NCBI GenBank assembly: GCA_963827435.1
Contig: CAWHAU010000020.1
Location: 89,999-153,998 of the forward strand
Direction: 5' to 3'
Source: an uncultured Actinomycetota bacterium
Lineage (GTDB): Bacteria > Actinomycetota > Actinomycetes > Propionibacteriales > Nocardioidaceae
Length of the DNA stretch: 64,000 nt
Under the pieces are notes generated by a model, which was not told the DNA's origin, made no database searches, and saw nothing but the letters and a program-made list of their open reading frames with translations. The position numbers were made by a program, and so were the translations under genes. Shown here one piece after another: positions 1 to 10,359 of this stretch. How positions within the stretch are numbered: the first letter of the stretch is position 1; the number at the start of each line of letters is the position of its first letter.

Positions 1-820
1 TCCAGTTGGGGGTGAGGTCCTGGACGCCCCACACCTCCGGCTCCTCGATGATCTGGTGCTTGAAGTCGTCGTCCACCCACAGGTCGTGCGCGACCTCTTT
101 GAGGACGGTCTGCACCGTGACGAGGTCCTGGTCGAGCGCGACCGGGATGTCGAGAACGGTGCGCGCCCAGTTCTGGCTCTGGTTGCCGACCCGCAGGATC
201 TCGCCGTTGCGGACGTACCAGACCGTGCCCTCGACGTCGCGGAGCCGGGTGACCCGCAGGCCCACGGCCTCGACGGTGCCGCCGGCCTCGCCGAGGTCGA
301 CGGAGTCACCGACGCCGTACTGGTCCTCGAAGATCATGAAGATGCCGGACAGGAAGTCCTTGACCAGGCTCTGCGCGCCGAAGCCCAGCGCCACACCCAC
401 GACGCCGGCGCTGGCGAGCAGCGGACCGACGGGGTAGCCGAGCTCGGCGATCGCCGTGATGCCGAAGATGGCGAAGACCACGATCGAGGAGATGCTCTTG
501 AGCAGCGAGCCCATGGTCTCGGCCCGCTGCACCCGGCGCCCGGCCATCACGGTCGGGCTGTGCTCCGCCGCGCGCGCGCGTCGTCGCTTCAGCACCGGGC
601 TCGGCAGCCCCTCGGCGGCCCGGCGCACCAGCCGGTCGATCACCCGGTGGAGGAACCACCGGATGCCGAGGGCGAGCAGGACGAGGACGAGGAGCGCGAG
701 CGGCTTGGCGATGAGCCAGTTGGCTGCCTGGGCGAGCCAGGCGTTCCCGGTGACCTTGTCGACCCAGAGGCACCACTGGTCGTCGGTGGTGCAGGTGGGA
801 GCTGTGTCCAGGAGACTCAT
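1..820 (-). CDS. MscS-family small-conductance mechanosensitive channel (3' end outside window)
   Basis: Manual minus-strand translation from ATG at 820 gives MSLLDTAP...ASAGVVGVALGFGAQSLVKDFLSGIFMIFEDQYGVGD...GTVEAVGLRVTRLRD...WYVRNGEI, the MscS core. No stop before the window edge, so it is absent from the ORF track. Confidence 0.9.
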   Translation of the reverse strand, partial: MSLLDTAPTCTTDDQWCLWVDKVTGNAWLAQAANWLIAKPLALLVLVLLALGIRWFLHRVIDRLVRRAAEGLPSPVLKRRRARAAEHSPTVMAGRRVQRAETMGSLLKSISSIVVFAIFGITAIAELGYPVGPLLASAGVVGVALGFGAQSLVKDFLSGIFMIFEDQYGVGDSVDLGEAGGTVEAVGLRVTRLRDVEGTVWYVRNGEILRVGNQSQNWARTVLDIPVALDQDLVTVQTVLKEVAHDLWVDDDFKHQIIEEPEVWGVQDLTPNW

Positions 821-881
821 GTGACGCGAGGTTACGAGACGTGGCCTCAGGCTCCAAGCCGACATTCGCTACCCTGCGTGT

Positions 882-1298
882 GTGACGAACCACCCCGCAC
901 ACACCCGCCGCAGCAGCCCCTTCCGCAGCCCGCTCCGCAGGGTCACGGCTCTTCTCCTGCTGGTCCCGGCACTCCTCGTGACGAGTCTCACGGGCCCCGC
1001 GTTCGCGGAGGCTCCGGTGCAGTGGGAGGACAACGGTCCGTACTCCCCGCTGTACGTCATCACGATCCTGGTGGTGATCCCGGCCGGTCTCTTCGCGCTG
1101 ATCACGCTGCTGGTCTACCTGCCCTCGATGATGCGCAAGAACGAGAGCTACCAGCCGGGCCAGCCGTGGCGCAACGAGTCCGAGTGGTTCGGCGGCCCGC
1201 GCGGCGGCGTCGGCGCCGTCGACAGCACGGAGCAGCCGCTGGCCGTGAGCGGCTCCGACCGCTCGAAGGAGCGGGGTGGCGCCAGTGGCCAGTGGTGA
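882..1298 (+). CDS. CtaJ-like small membrane protein (putative accessory subunit of the actinobacterial cytochrome bcc-aa3 supercomplex)
   Basis: One TM segment, then a Y..GQPW....W motif and a GGASGQW C-terminus, similar to mycobacterial CtaJ (GGASGKW end, from recall). Sits beside a DUF5130 gene and pepN as in mycobacteria. Confidence 0.65.
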   Translation: MTNHPAHTRRSSPFRSPLRRVTALLLLVPALLVTSLTGPAFAEAPVQWEDNGPYSPLYVITILVVIPAGLFALITLLVYLPSMMRKNESYQPGQPWRNESEWFGGPRGGVGAVDSTEQPLAVSGSDRSKERGGASGQW

Positions 1299-1668
1299 CG
1301 CATTCTCGGCCGCGCAGCGGCACCAGATCGACAAGGCCATCCGCGACGCGGAGACAGTGTGCCGCTGCGAGTTCTCGGTCTTCGTGGGCCGCTCCGAGGG
1401 TGAGTCCCGGCCGTTCGCCGAGCGCCTGCACGCGACCCTGGTCGCGCCCGAGCGCTCGATCCTGGTGCTCGTGGACCCGGCGGCCAAGCTCCTGGAGATC
1501 GTGACCGGCGCCGAGGCGCGCCGTGTCCTCGACGACGCCGAGGTGCAGCTCGCCGCGCTGACCATGCAGAGCGCGTTCGCCTCCGGCGACCTCGTCGGCG
1601 GCATCGTCCAGGGCGTCCAGCAGCTCGCCGCGCACGCCCGTCGCCCGCAGGTCCGGCACGAGGCCTGA
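1285..1668 (+). CDS. DUF5130 / TPM-like protein (CtaI, MSMEG_4692-like)
   Basis: GTG start giving MASGD...; FSVFVG, ILVLVDP, LEIVTG and AFASGDLVGGI motifs; overlaps the upstream gene end; conserved position next to pepN. Confidence 0.7.
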   Translation: MASGDAFSAAQRHQIDKAIRDAETVCRCEFSVFVGRSEGESRPFAERLHATLVAPERSILVLVDPAAKLLEIVTGAEARRVLDDAEVQLAALTMQSAFASGDLVGGIVQGVQQLAAHARRPQVRHEA

Positions 1669-1691
1669 CCGGCGCCGCCCAGCCCACACGC

Positions 1692-1727
1692 ACGAAGGGC
1701 CGCACCCGTCGGGGTGCGGCCCTTCGT
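1692..1727. terminator. Bidirectional intrinsic terminator hairpin between convergent genes
   Basis: Perfect 16-bp inverted repeat acgaagggccgcaccc / gggtgcggcccttcgt with a 4-nt loop. Confidence 0.8.
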
Positions 1728-1745
1728 CGTTGTCCGTCGTCTGCG

Positions 1746-4330
1746 TCAGGCGCCGGCGCGCTGGGCCGCGAGCGCCCGCACCACGTCGGCCCGTGCCTCG
1801 CTCACGTAGCGCTTGGCGGCCGGGTTGGCCGGCGAGCTCGCCAGCCACTGGTCCACCCGGTCGAGGGTGGCCTGTCCGGTGAGGACGCGCGGGAACATGT
1901 ACTCCAGCATCGTCGAGGCGATCTGGGTTCCCTTGTCCTCCCAGATGGTGTCGGCGACCGTGAGGTAGCGCTCGAGGTACTCCGCGAGCACGTCCTCCTG
2001 CTCGGAGCAGTCGAAGACGTAGGCGATGCTGCGCTGGGTCTCGTTGGAGATGTCGTCGCGCACCGCGGCGTCGTTCCAGGCCTGCGCCTTGGCCTGTCGC
2101 ACGGCAGCACCGCGCGGGCCGCGGCCGCCCGCTCCCGCCCGGAGATGGTGTTGTCCCGGGCGAGCTCCTCGGCCACCCGCTCCTCGTCGGCGCGCCCGGC
2201 GCGGGCCAGCGCCGTGACCAGCGCCCACCGCAGGTCGGGGGCCACGTCGAAGCCCTCGAGCGTGACGCTGCCGTCGAGCAGGCCCTCGAGCAGGTCGAGG
2301 CCCTCCGCGCTGCGGGCCGCACCGCCGTACGACGACGGCGGGACGCGCTTGCCGATGGTGCCGGCGAAGGCCTTGACGAACGTCAGCTGGTGGTCGCTGC
2401 CTGCGGCGGCGTCCTCGAGGAGGCGGCGCAGGCCGGACTCCCAGGTGACGCGTAGCGCGTCCCGCTTGTCCGGGTGGCAGAGCTGGTCGATCGCGATCTG
2501 CACGTAGACCGGCAGCTGCTTGACGGCGGTCTCGTCGGACTCGGTGCCGAGCCCTTGGAGCACCATCTCGACGAAGTCGCCGGCGGGCAGCTCCGCGTCG
2601 CGGGTCATGTCCCACAGCGCGCCCCAGCACACGGCCCGGGCGAGGGAGTCGTCGATGTCCTGGATCGACTCCCGCACGGTGGCCAGCGACCGCTCGTCGA
2701 AGCGCACCTTGGCGTAGGACAGGTCGCCGTCGTTGAGCAGCACCAGGTCGGGCTGCTCGGCGCCGAGCAGCTTGGCCACGTCGGTGCGCTCGCCGACGAC
2801 GTCCGTCTCCACCGTCGTACGACGGACCAGGCGGCCGTCCTCCGCGCGGTCGTAGAGGCCGACGCCGATGCGGTGCCGGCGCAACGTCGGGTGGTCCGGG
2901 TGCGCGCTCTGCGTCACCGCGAAGGACGTGTAGCGACCCTCGTCGTCGACGGTCGCGTCGACGGCCAGGGTGTTCACCCCGGTCGTCTGCAGCCACTCCT
3001 CGGCCCAGGAGCCGAGGTCGCGCCCGGAGGTCTCCTCCAGCGCCCGCAGCAGGTCGGAGAACTCCGAGTTGCCGAAGGCGTGCCGGCGGAAGTAGGCGCG
3101 CAGCCCGGCGAAGAACTCGACCTCACCGACCCAGGCGACCAGCTGCTTGAGCGCGGCGGCGCCCTTGGCGTAGGTGATCCCGTCGAAGCTGACCTCGACG
3201 GCCTCGAGGTCGTGGTTGTCGGCGGCGATCGGGTGCGTGGAGGGCAGCTGGTCCTGGCGGTAGGCCCAGTTCTTGCGGGAGTTGGTGAACCCGGTCCACG
3301 CCTCGTCGTACGACGTGGCGGCGACCAGCGCGTGGTGGGAGGCCCACTCGGCGAACGACTCGTTGAGCCACAGGTCGTCCCACCACTTCATGGTGACCAG
3401 GTCGCCGAACCACATGTGCGCCATCTCGTGCAGGACGGTGTTGGCGCGCTGCTCGTAGAACCAGGTGGCCTGGCGGCTGCGGGGGAGGTACTCGTCGCGC
3501 AGCGTCACGCAGCCGGCGTTCTCCATCGCGCCGTTGTTGAACTCGGGGACGTAGAGCTGGTCGTACTTGTGGAAGGGGTACGGGAAGTCGAAGGCGTCCT
3601 CGAAGAACGCGAAGCCCTGCTTGGTGACCTCGACCAGCTCGTCGGTGTCGAAGTACGGCACCATCGACTGCCGGCAGTAGTGCCCCATCGGGATCTCGCC
3701 GTGGTTGCCGACGTAGGTGTCGTGGACGGAGTGGTACTCGCCGGCAACGATCGCCGTGACGTACGTCGACAGGCGCTCGGTCGCGGGAAAGGTCCAGACC
3801 GCCCGGTCGTCGTCGGCCGGGACCGGCTCGGGGGTGGGCGCGTTGGAGACCACGACCCAGTGCGCCGGAGCGGTCACCGTGAAGTGGAAGACCGCCTTGA
3901 GGTCGGGCTGCTCGAAGGTGGTGAACACCCGGCGGGCGTCGGGCACCTCCATCTGCGAGTAGAGGTAGACCCGGTCGTCGGCCGGGTCGACGAAGCGGTG
4001 CAGCCCCTCGCCGGTGTGGCTGTAGGTGCAGTCGGCCACGACGCGCAGCTCGTTGTCGGCCTCGAGGCCGTCGAGCCGGATCCGGTGGTCGGCGTACACC
4101 TCGGCGGGGTCCAGGGAGCGGCCGTTGAGGGTCAGCTCGTGGATCGTCCCGCCGACGAGGTCGGCGAAGGTGGAGGCGCCCACGGTGCGGCAGCGGAACC
4201 GGATCACGGTCGTGGAGCCGAAGGTGGTGGTGCGCGAGGGGTCGAGGTCGAGGTCCACGGTGTAGGACTCGATCTCCAGGAGACCGGCGCGGGTGCGCGC
4301 CTCGTCCCGGGTCAGGTTGGTTCCAGGCAT
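1746..4330 (-). CDS. pepN: Aminopeptidase N (M1 family), frame break near 2100
   Basis: GAMEN and HEMAH...LNESFAE zinc motifs. The C-terminus (AKAQAW...ALAAQRAGA) lies in the neighbouring frame ending at 1746. Confidence 0.93.
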
Positions 4331-4355
4331 GTGCGCATTGTCCCATTCGGCGCGG

Positions 4356-4382
4356 GGAATAACCGAATCGAACAGGACCGTT
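4356..4382 (+). promoter_or_regulatory. Putative SigR/SigH (thiol-stress ECF sigma) promoter
   Basis: GGAAT-N19-GTT upstream of the Rv2466c-like gene. The consensus is GGAAY-N18/19-GTT and the mycobacterial ortholog is SigH-controlled. Confidence 0.55.
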
Positions 4383-4440
4383 CCCTTGGGGTGCGCAACC
4401 GTCGCACCACGCCCGTCGCCCCCGACCCGTAGGAGCCCCG

Positions 4441-5067
4441 TTGACCGCCACCGAGACCAGCACCGAGCGCACCCCCGTCGACTTCTGGTTCGACCCGCTC
4501 TGCCCGTGGGCGTGGATGACCTCGCGCTGGCTGCTGGAGGTCGAGAAGGTCCGTCCGATCGCGCCCTCCTTCCACGTGATGAGCCTGGCCTACCTCAACC
4601 AGGACAAGGACATTCCCGAGGAGTACCGGAAGATGCTCGAGCCCGCCTGGGGCCCGGTGCGGGTGGCGATCGCGGCCGCACAGGCCGAGGGCGACCAGGT
4701 CCTGCTGCCGCTCTACAACGCCTTCGGCAACCGGATCCACCTCGAGGGCCGCTCCATCGACCGGCAGCTGATCGAGGAGGTGCTGGAGGAGGTGGGCCTG
4801 CCGACCGCGCTCGCGGACGCCGCGGACTCGACGGCCTACGACGAGGACCTCAAGAAGTCGCACCACGCAGGTATGGACCAGGTCGGCATGGAGGTCGGCA
4901 CCCCGGTGATCGCCACCCAGGGGATGGCGTTCTTCGGGCCGGTCGTGACCCCGGCTCCCAAGGGCGAGGACGCCGGCAGGCTCTGGGACGGCGTACTCCT
5001 CGTGGCCGGCACGCCCGGGTTCTTCGAGATCAAGCGCACCCGCGACAAGGGCCCCGACTTCTCCTGA
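4441..5067 (+). CDS. DsbA/thioredoxin-fold mycothiol-dependent reductase (Rv2466c-like)
   Basis: DFWFDPLCPWAWMTSRW N-terminal motif, VGTP, FFGPV and FFEIKRTR; divergent from pepN as in mycobacteria. Confidence 0.88.
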   Translation: MTATETSTERTPVDFWFDPLCPWAWMTSRWLLEVEKVRPIAPSFHVMSLAYLNQDKDIPEEYRKMLEPAWGPVRVAIAAAQAEGDQVLLPLYNAFGNRIHLEGRSIDRQLIEEVLEEVGLPTALADAADSTAYDEDLKKSHHAGMDQVGMEVGTPVIATQGMAFFGPVVTPAPKGEDAGRLWDGVLLVAGTPGFFEIKRTRDKGPDFS

Positions 5068-5107
5068 TTGTCCGACCGAGCGCGGGTACGCGGCTTACCG
5101 TGCTCGG

Positions 5108-6085
5108 GTGATCGACCAGCCTTCCGGCCTCCCGGCCGACCGGGTCGCCGGCGCGGTGCGCGCGGAGTGGGGCGTGGACGTGACCTTCGTCGAGCACCTC
5201 GAGATCGGCGACGGCGGCTGGCACTGGCGTCTGGGTGACGAGTTCGGACCGCAGTGGTTCGCGAGCGCGCACCCGGTGCGCAGCGCCGACGAGCGGCAGC
5301 GCCGGCTGGCTTCGTACGACGCCGCGACCCGCCTCGCCGCGGTGCTGCCGTTCGTCGTAGCGCCGGTGCGGACCCGGGACGCGCGGCTCGCCGTCGACGT
5401 CGCGCCCGGGCTGTTGCTCACGCTCGCGCCGCTGCTCGAGGTCTTCACTCCCGGCCGGGCCGACGACGCCGGCCGCGTGCTGGTCGCCCGCCTGCTCGGC
5501 GAGCTGCACCGGACACACCGCCCCCGAGAGCTCCCGTTGTGGCGACCGCGGCTCGGGCAGGGCACCCACGACGGGCGTGAGGCTCTCGAGGGGTGCCTGC
5601 GCAACCGCGGCTGGACCGGCGGGCCCTGGTCGGGTCCCGCCGAACGGCTGCTCCTGGACGTGGCCCCGGTGGTCGAGCGGGCGTTGCGGCGGTTCCTCCT
5701 CCTCGGTGCTGCGGTCGCCGGGAGCGCCGAGCGGTGGGTCGTCACGCACGGCGCGCCGTACGGCGACCGGACGCTGAGCACGCCCGACGGGCCGCGGCTG
5801 GTCGGCTGGGGCCGTGCCCGCCTGGCCCCACGCGAGCGCGACCTGGGCGAGACGCTGACGGAGGCGGACGGCGACGACCCGTGGTACGCCTACGTCGAGG
5901 CGGGCGGCCGCCCGGAGCGGCTGTCGAAGGACACGATGGAGCTGTTCGCCCTGCAGCGGCACCTCGACGAGATCGCCGCGCAGGTGGTGCGCTTCTCACA
6001 TCCGCACGGCGACACCGCCGACGACCGGCGCTGCTTCGGCGCCCTCGAGCGCGAGCTCGACGCCCTGGTCAGCGACTGGGGATGA
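5108..6085 (+). CDS. Aminoglycoside/choline-kinase-like (APH fold) protein with degenerate catalytic motifs
   Basis: Overall APH/spectinomycin-kinase layout (VVTHG...LAPRERDL), but HGAPYGDR and LVGWG replace the usual HG(D/E)xxxxN and IDW. Confidence 0.65.
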   Translation: MIDQPSGLPADRVAGAVRAEWGVDVTFVEHLEIGDGGWHWRLGDEFGPQWFASAHPVRSADERQRRLASYDAATRLAAVLPFVVAPVRTRDARLAVDVAPGLLLTLAPLLEVFTPGRADDAGRVLVARLLGELHRTHRPRELPLWRPRLGQGTHDGREALEGCLRNRGWTGGPWSGPAERLLLDVAPVVERALRRFLLLGAAVAGSAERWVVTHGAPYGDRTLSTPDGPRLVGWGRARLAPRERDLGETLTEADGDDPWYAYVEAGGRPERLSKDTMELFALQRHLDEIAAQVVRFSHPHGDTADDRRCFGALERELDALVSDWG

Positions 6086-6095
6086 GCACACGCGC

Positions 6096-6781
6096 TCAGA
6101 GGTGGTTGCCGTAGCCCCAGGAGCCCGGGCCGCCCGAGTTCTGCGGGTTCAGCAGGGTCAGTGCAGCCGCGGTGAAGTAGCTCTTGCCATAGGGCAGGTA
6201 GGCCGCGCCGGCCTCCCAGTAGGGCAGCATCTGTCCGCCGACCTTCACCCGACGCAGGTCCGGGCGCTCGCCCCGCGCGATGCGGGCGGCGTCCTGCGCG
6301 CAGGCCGGCACGATCCGGGTGCCGTACGCGGGTGGGTTCCACGCGACGTCCACGGTCGCCGGGCCGTGCTGCGGGTTGAAGAAGCACGGCGTCCGGCGCT
6401 CGGGCAGCGGCTGGCCGGCAACCCGGGCCTGCACGCAGGCGAGCGCGTAGCGGCCCGCGGTGAGGATGTCGCTGACCCGGCTCACCTCCTCGGCGCTGCG
6501 CAGTGCGGGCACCGCGCGCTGCGCGGACTCGTAGGCGTCGAGCGCGGCCTGGTAGTCCAGCCGCGCCGCCTCGTCGAGAGGGTGGTCCGCCACCTCCGCG
6601 TCGAGGCGTTGGAGCTGTTCGCCGAGCACGGTGACGTCCTCGTCGGCGAGCGTGCGCGCTGTCTCCAGCTCCTGCGGCCTGCTCGAGTGCGAGCTCTCGC
6701 GCGTCGACGCCGTCCGCGCCAGCTGCGTCCGCCCAGCGCGCCGCCGCCGGCGGCCAGGGCCGCGATGATCAGCCACTCCAT
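6096..6781 (-). CDS. Conserved actinobacterial hypothetical protein with N-terminal membrane anchor, frame break near 6700
   Basis: MEWLIIAALAAGGG start joins frame 6096..7391 (ALDAYESA...PCFFNPQHGP...VPACAQD...PYWEAG...PYG..YF). Confidence 0.7.
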
Positions 6782-6810
6782 GTGGCCACCCCCTCGTCAG
6801 TCGGGCCAGG

Positions 6811-7435
6811 CTACTGCCGGACCGAGCCGTCCCACCGCCAGTCGGGGACTGGGAACTCCGGGTCGCGGCCGGTGATCCGGAGCAGGGTGAGCCAGGGGTC
6901 GCCGTCGGTCGGCGCGTCCGGGAAGAGCCGGTCCAGCACGCGTCGTACGACGTCCGGGTCGGGGTCCCACGCGAAGCCGAGAGGTCCGGCCACGTCGCGC
7001 AGGTGCAGGAGCGTCTCGACGGTGCCCATCGCGGCGAAGCCGTGCGGGTCCGAGACGCCGAACACGTGGAAGCCGCGGGCCTCCGGCGAGGCGGTGCGGG
7101 CGACCGCGGAGAGCATCCCGCGGCACGCGTCGAGGACCCGCACCAGGCCGAGGTTGCCCGCGTCCGCGATCGGCGTGCACCGCGGTCCTGTCGGCGGCGT
7201 CGCCGTCGGCCGGGTCGGCCCAGTACAGGAAGGGCACGAAGCCGTCGAGCACCGGCCGGCGCACCGCGACCTGGCCGGCGTAGGAGAACAGGTCGTCCGC
7301 GACGTGCTCGACGGTGCTCCGACACGTCCAGGTCATCCCGGTCGCCGGCACGTCCCAGTCCCGGTCCGCGGCCGCGGCCAGCCGGTGGCACGCCATCCCG
7401 ACCACGGCGTCGAGGTCGTCGACCAGACCGCTCAC
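6811..7435 (-). CDS. DinB / maleylpyruvate-isomerase-like (MDMPI) protein, frame break near 7160
   Basis: DWDVPA..MTWTCRSTVEHVADD in one frame and ETLLHLRDVA.PLG..WDPD in the next, typical of DinB/mycothiol-transferase helical bundles. Confidence 0.7.
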
Positions 7436-7598
7436 AGTCCCGCCTCCTTCACCAGGGGCCGGAGGCGCACCGCGCGAACCCGCCCCGCGGCGGGGACTCC
7501 ACGATGCGAGGAACGTCGTCAGGGTCGGCCATGGCTGAAGCGTCTCGTCGGCCCACCTCGCGCGGCAACCCGATTGCCCGCCTCCCTAGAGTTGACCC

Positions 7599-9411
7599 AT
7601 GAGCAAAGTCCTGTCCGCCGTCGCCTGGCCGTACGCCAACGGCCCGCGCCACATCGGCCACGTGGCCGGTTTCGGCGTGCCCTCCGACGTCTTCAGCCGC
7701 TACATGCGGATGGCCGGGCACGACGTCCTCATGGTCTCGGGCACCGACGAGCACGGGACCCCGATCCTGGTGGCCGCGGACGCCGCCGGGGTGTCGCCGC
7801 GCCAGCTGGCGGACACGAACAACCGGCTGATCGTGGAGGACCTGCACCAGCTCGGGCTGTCCTACGACCTGTTCACCCGGACGACGACGCGCAACCACTA
7901 CGCCGTGGTGCAGGAGATGTTCCGCACCGTGCAGCGCAACGGGTACATGGTCGAGCAGACCACCAAGGGCGCGATCTCGCCGTCGACCGGTCGCACCCTG
8001 CCGGACCGCTACATCGAGGGCACCTGCCCGATCTGCGGCTACGACTCCGCCCGCGGCGACCAGTGCGACAACTGCGGCAACCAGCTCGACCCCACGGACC
8101 TGATCGACCCGCGCAGCAAGATCAACGGCGAGACGCCGGAGTTCGTCGAGACCCAGCACTGGTTCCTCGACCTTCCCGCCCTGGCCACGGCCCTCAAGGA
8201 GTGGCTCGACGAGCGGGAGGCGTCCGGGACCTGGCGGCCGAACGTCATCAAGTTCAGCCAGAACATCCTCGAGGAGATCCGGCCGCGCGCGATGACCCGC
8301 GACATCGACTGGGGCATCCCGGTCCCGGGCTGGGAGGACCAGCCGACCAAGCGGCTCTACGTCTGGTTCGACGCGGTCATCGGCTACCTGTCCGCGTCCA
8401 TCGAGTGGGCCCGCCGCTGTGCCGAATCCGGGGGAGGCGAGCCGGACCGCTGGCGCGAGTGGTGGAACGACCCCGAGGCGCTGTCCTACTACTTCATGGG
8501 CAAGGACAACATCACCTTCCACTCCCAGATCTGGCCCGCCGAGCTCCTCGCGTACGACGGACGGGGCGACCGTGGCGGCGAGCCGGGGGAGTACGGCGCG
8601 CTCAACCTGCCGACCGAGGTGGTGTCCAGCGAGTTCCTCACCATGGAGGGCAAGCAGTTCTCGTCCTCGCGGGGCGTGGTGATCTACGTCCGCGACATGC
8701 TGGAGCGCTACCAGCCGGACGCGCTGCGCTACTTCATCTCCGCGGCCGGGCCGGAGAACCAGGACAGCAACTTCACCTGGGCGGAGTTCGTGCGGCGCAC
8801 CAACGACGAGCTGGTCGCCGGCTGGGGCAACCTGGTCAACCGGACCGCGACGATGATCGCCAAGAGCTTCGGCGAGATCCCTCCGGCGGGCACGCTCGAG
8901 GACGGCGACCGGGCGCTGCTCGACACCGTCGAGGCGGCCTTCGGCAGCATCGGCGGGCTGATCGGTCGGCACCGGCAGAAGGCGGCGCTGGCCGAGGCGA
9001 TGCGCACGGTCGCCGAGGTGAACCGCTACGTCTCCGACAACGCGCCCTGGAAGCTCAAGGGCGAGGACGAGCGCGACCGGCTGGGCACGGTCCTGCACGT
9101 CACCGACGCAGGCCGTGGCCGACTGCAACCTGCTGCTCGCGCCGTTCCTGCCGCACAGCGCGAACGCCGTGGACGTGGTGCTCGGCGGGGCGGGGACGGT
9201 CGCCCCGATGCCGGAGATCCGTGAGGTCGAGGACCTGGACGGCGGCCCGTCGTACCCGATCCTCACCGGCGAGTACTCCGGCTTCCCGGCCTGGGCCCGC
9301 CGGCCCGTCGTGCCCGGGACGAAGGTCGACAAGCCGGCGCCGGTGTTCACCAAGCTCGACCCGTCGATCGTCGACGAGGAGCTCGCCCGCCTCGCCGGCG
9401 AGCCGGCATGA
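7599..9411 (+). CDS. metG: Methionyl-tRNA synthetase, frame break near 9108
   Basis: [19 protein letters not shown], zinc-knuckle CPIC/CDNC, YVWFDA and KQFSSS. The C-terminus is in ORF 9115..9411. Confidence 0.95.
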
Positions 9412-10316
9412 CCCTGCACCCGCAGTCGGTCGCCGCCCTGGAGCTGTGGTCGCAGGGGCCGAGCGTCTCCGACCCCGGCTTCGGTGCCGACGGCATCGCG
9501 GCCATGCGCCGGGACGCGCTGGCGGCAGCCGCACTGGAGGAGAAGGAGCCGGTCGACCGGGTCGAGGACGTGGACGCGGGCGGCGTGCGCTGCCGGCTCT
9601 ACATACCGGCCGGTGCCCCGGAGACCGTGCAGAGGACGGTGCTGTTCCTGCACGGCGGCGGCTTCGTGTTCGGTGACGTCGACACCCACGACGGCCAGGC
9701 CCGCCGGATCGCCAACCGCACCGGCTCGGCAGTGCTCGCCGTCGACTACCGGCGGCCGCCCGAGCACCGGTTCCCGGCCGCGCCGGACGACGTGGACACC
9801 GCACTGCACTGGCTCGTCGCGCACGCCACGCGCCTCGGTCTCGACCCGGCGCGGGTGGTCGCCCTCGGCGACAGTGCCGGCGGCAACCTCGCGCTCGTGG
9901 CAGCGCTGCGCAACCCCGGTCTGCTGGCGGCGACGGTGCTCGTCTACCCCTTCGTGGACGCCACCGCGTCGATGCCGTCCTACGCCCGCACCGACGGCGG
10001 GCTGACCCGCGCGCAGGGGGAGTGGTTCATCCGGCAGTACATCCGCGACGAGCGCGACCTCGCCGACCCCGACCTCGCACCGTTCCAGGCGACCGGCTTC
10101 GCGACCCTGCCTCCGACGTACGTCCAGGTCGCCGAGCACGACGTGCTCGCCGACGAGGACCTCGAGCTGGCCCGCCGGATCGCGGCCGACGGTGTGGCGG
10201 TCGAGACCACGGTGTACGACGGGATGATCCACGGCTTCTGGCGGCACCCGGAGATGTTCGACGCCTCCGAGGTCGCGCTCGCCGACGCCGCCGCCTTCCT
10301 CGACCGGCACGTCTAG
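9408..10316 (+). CDS. Alpha/beta hydrolase (HSL-type esterase/lipase)
   Basis: HGGGF oxyanion motif, GDSAGG nucleophile elbow, D and HGF catalytic residues. Confidence 0.9.
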   Translation: MTLHPQSVAALELWSQGPSVSDPGFGADGIAAMRRDALAAAALEEKEPVDRVEDVDAGGVRCRLYIPAGAPETVQRTVLFLHGGGFVFGDVDTHDGQARRIANRTGSAVLAVDYRRPPEHRFPAAPDDVDTALHWLVAHATRLGLDPARVVALGDSAGGNLALVAALRNPGLLAATVLVYPFVDATASMPSYARTDGGLTRAQGEWFIRQYIRDERDLADPDLAPFQATGFATLPPTYVQVAEHDVLADEDLELARRIAADGVAVETTVYDGMIHGFWRHPEMFDASEVALADAAAFLDRHV

Positions 10317-10359
10317 GCGCCGTCTTCTCGTCGTCGTGTCCGGGCGGACGCTTTGGGTC

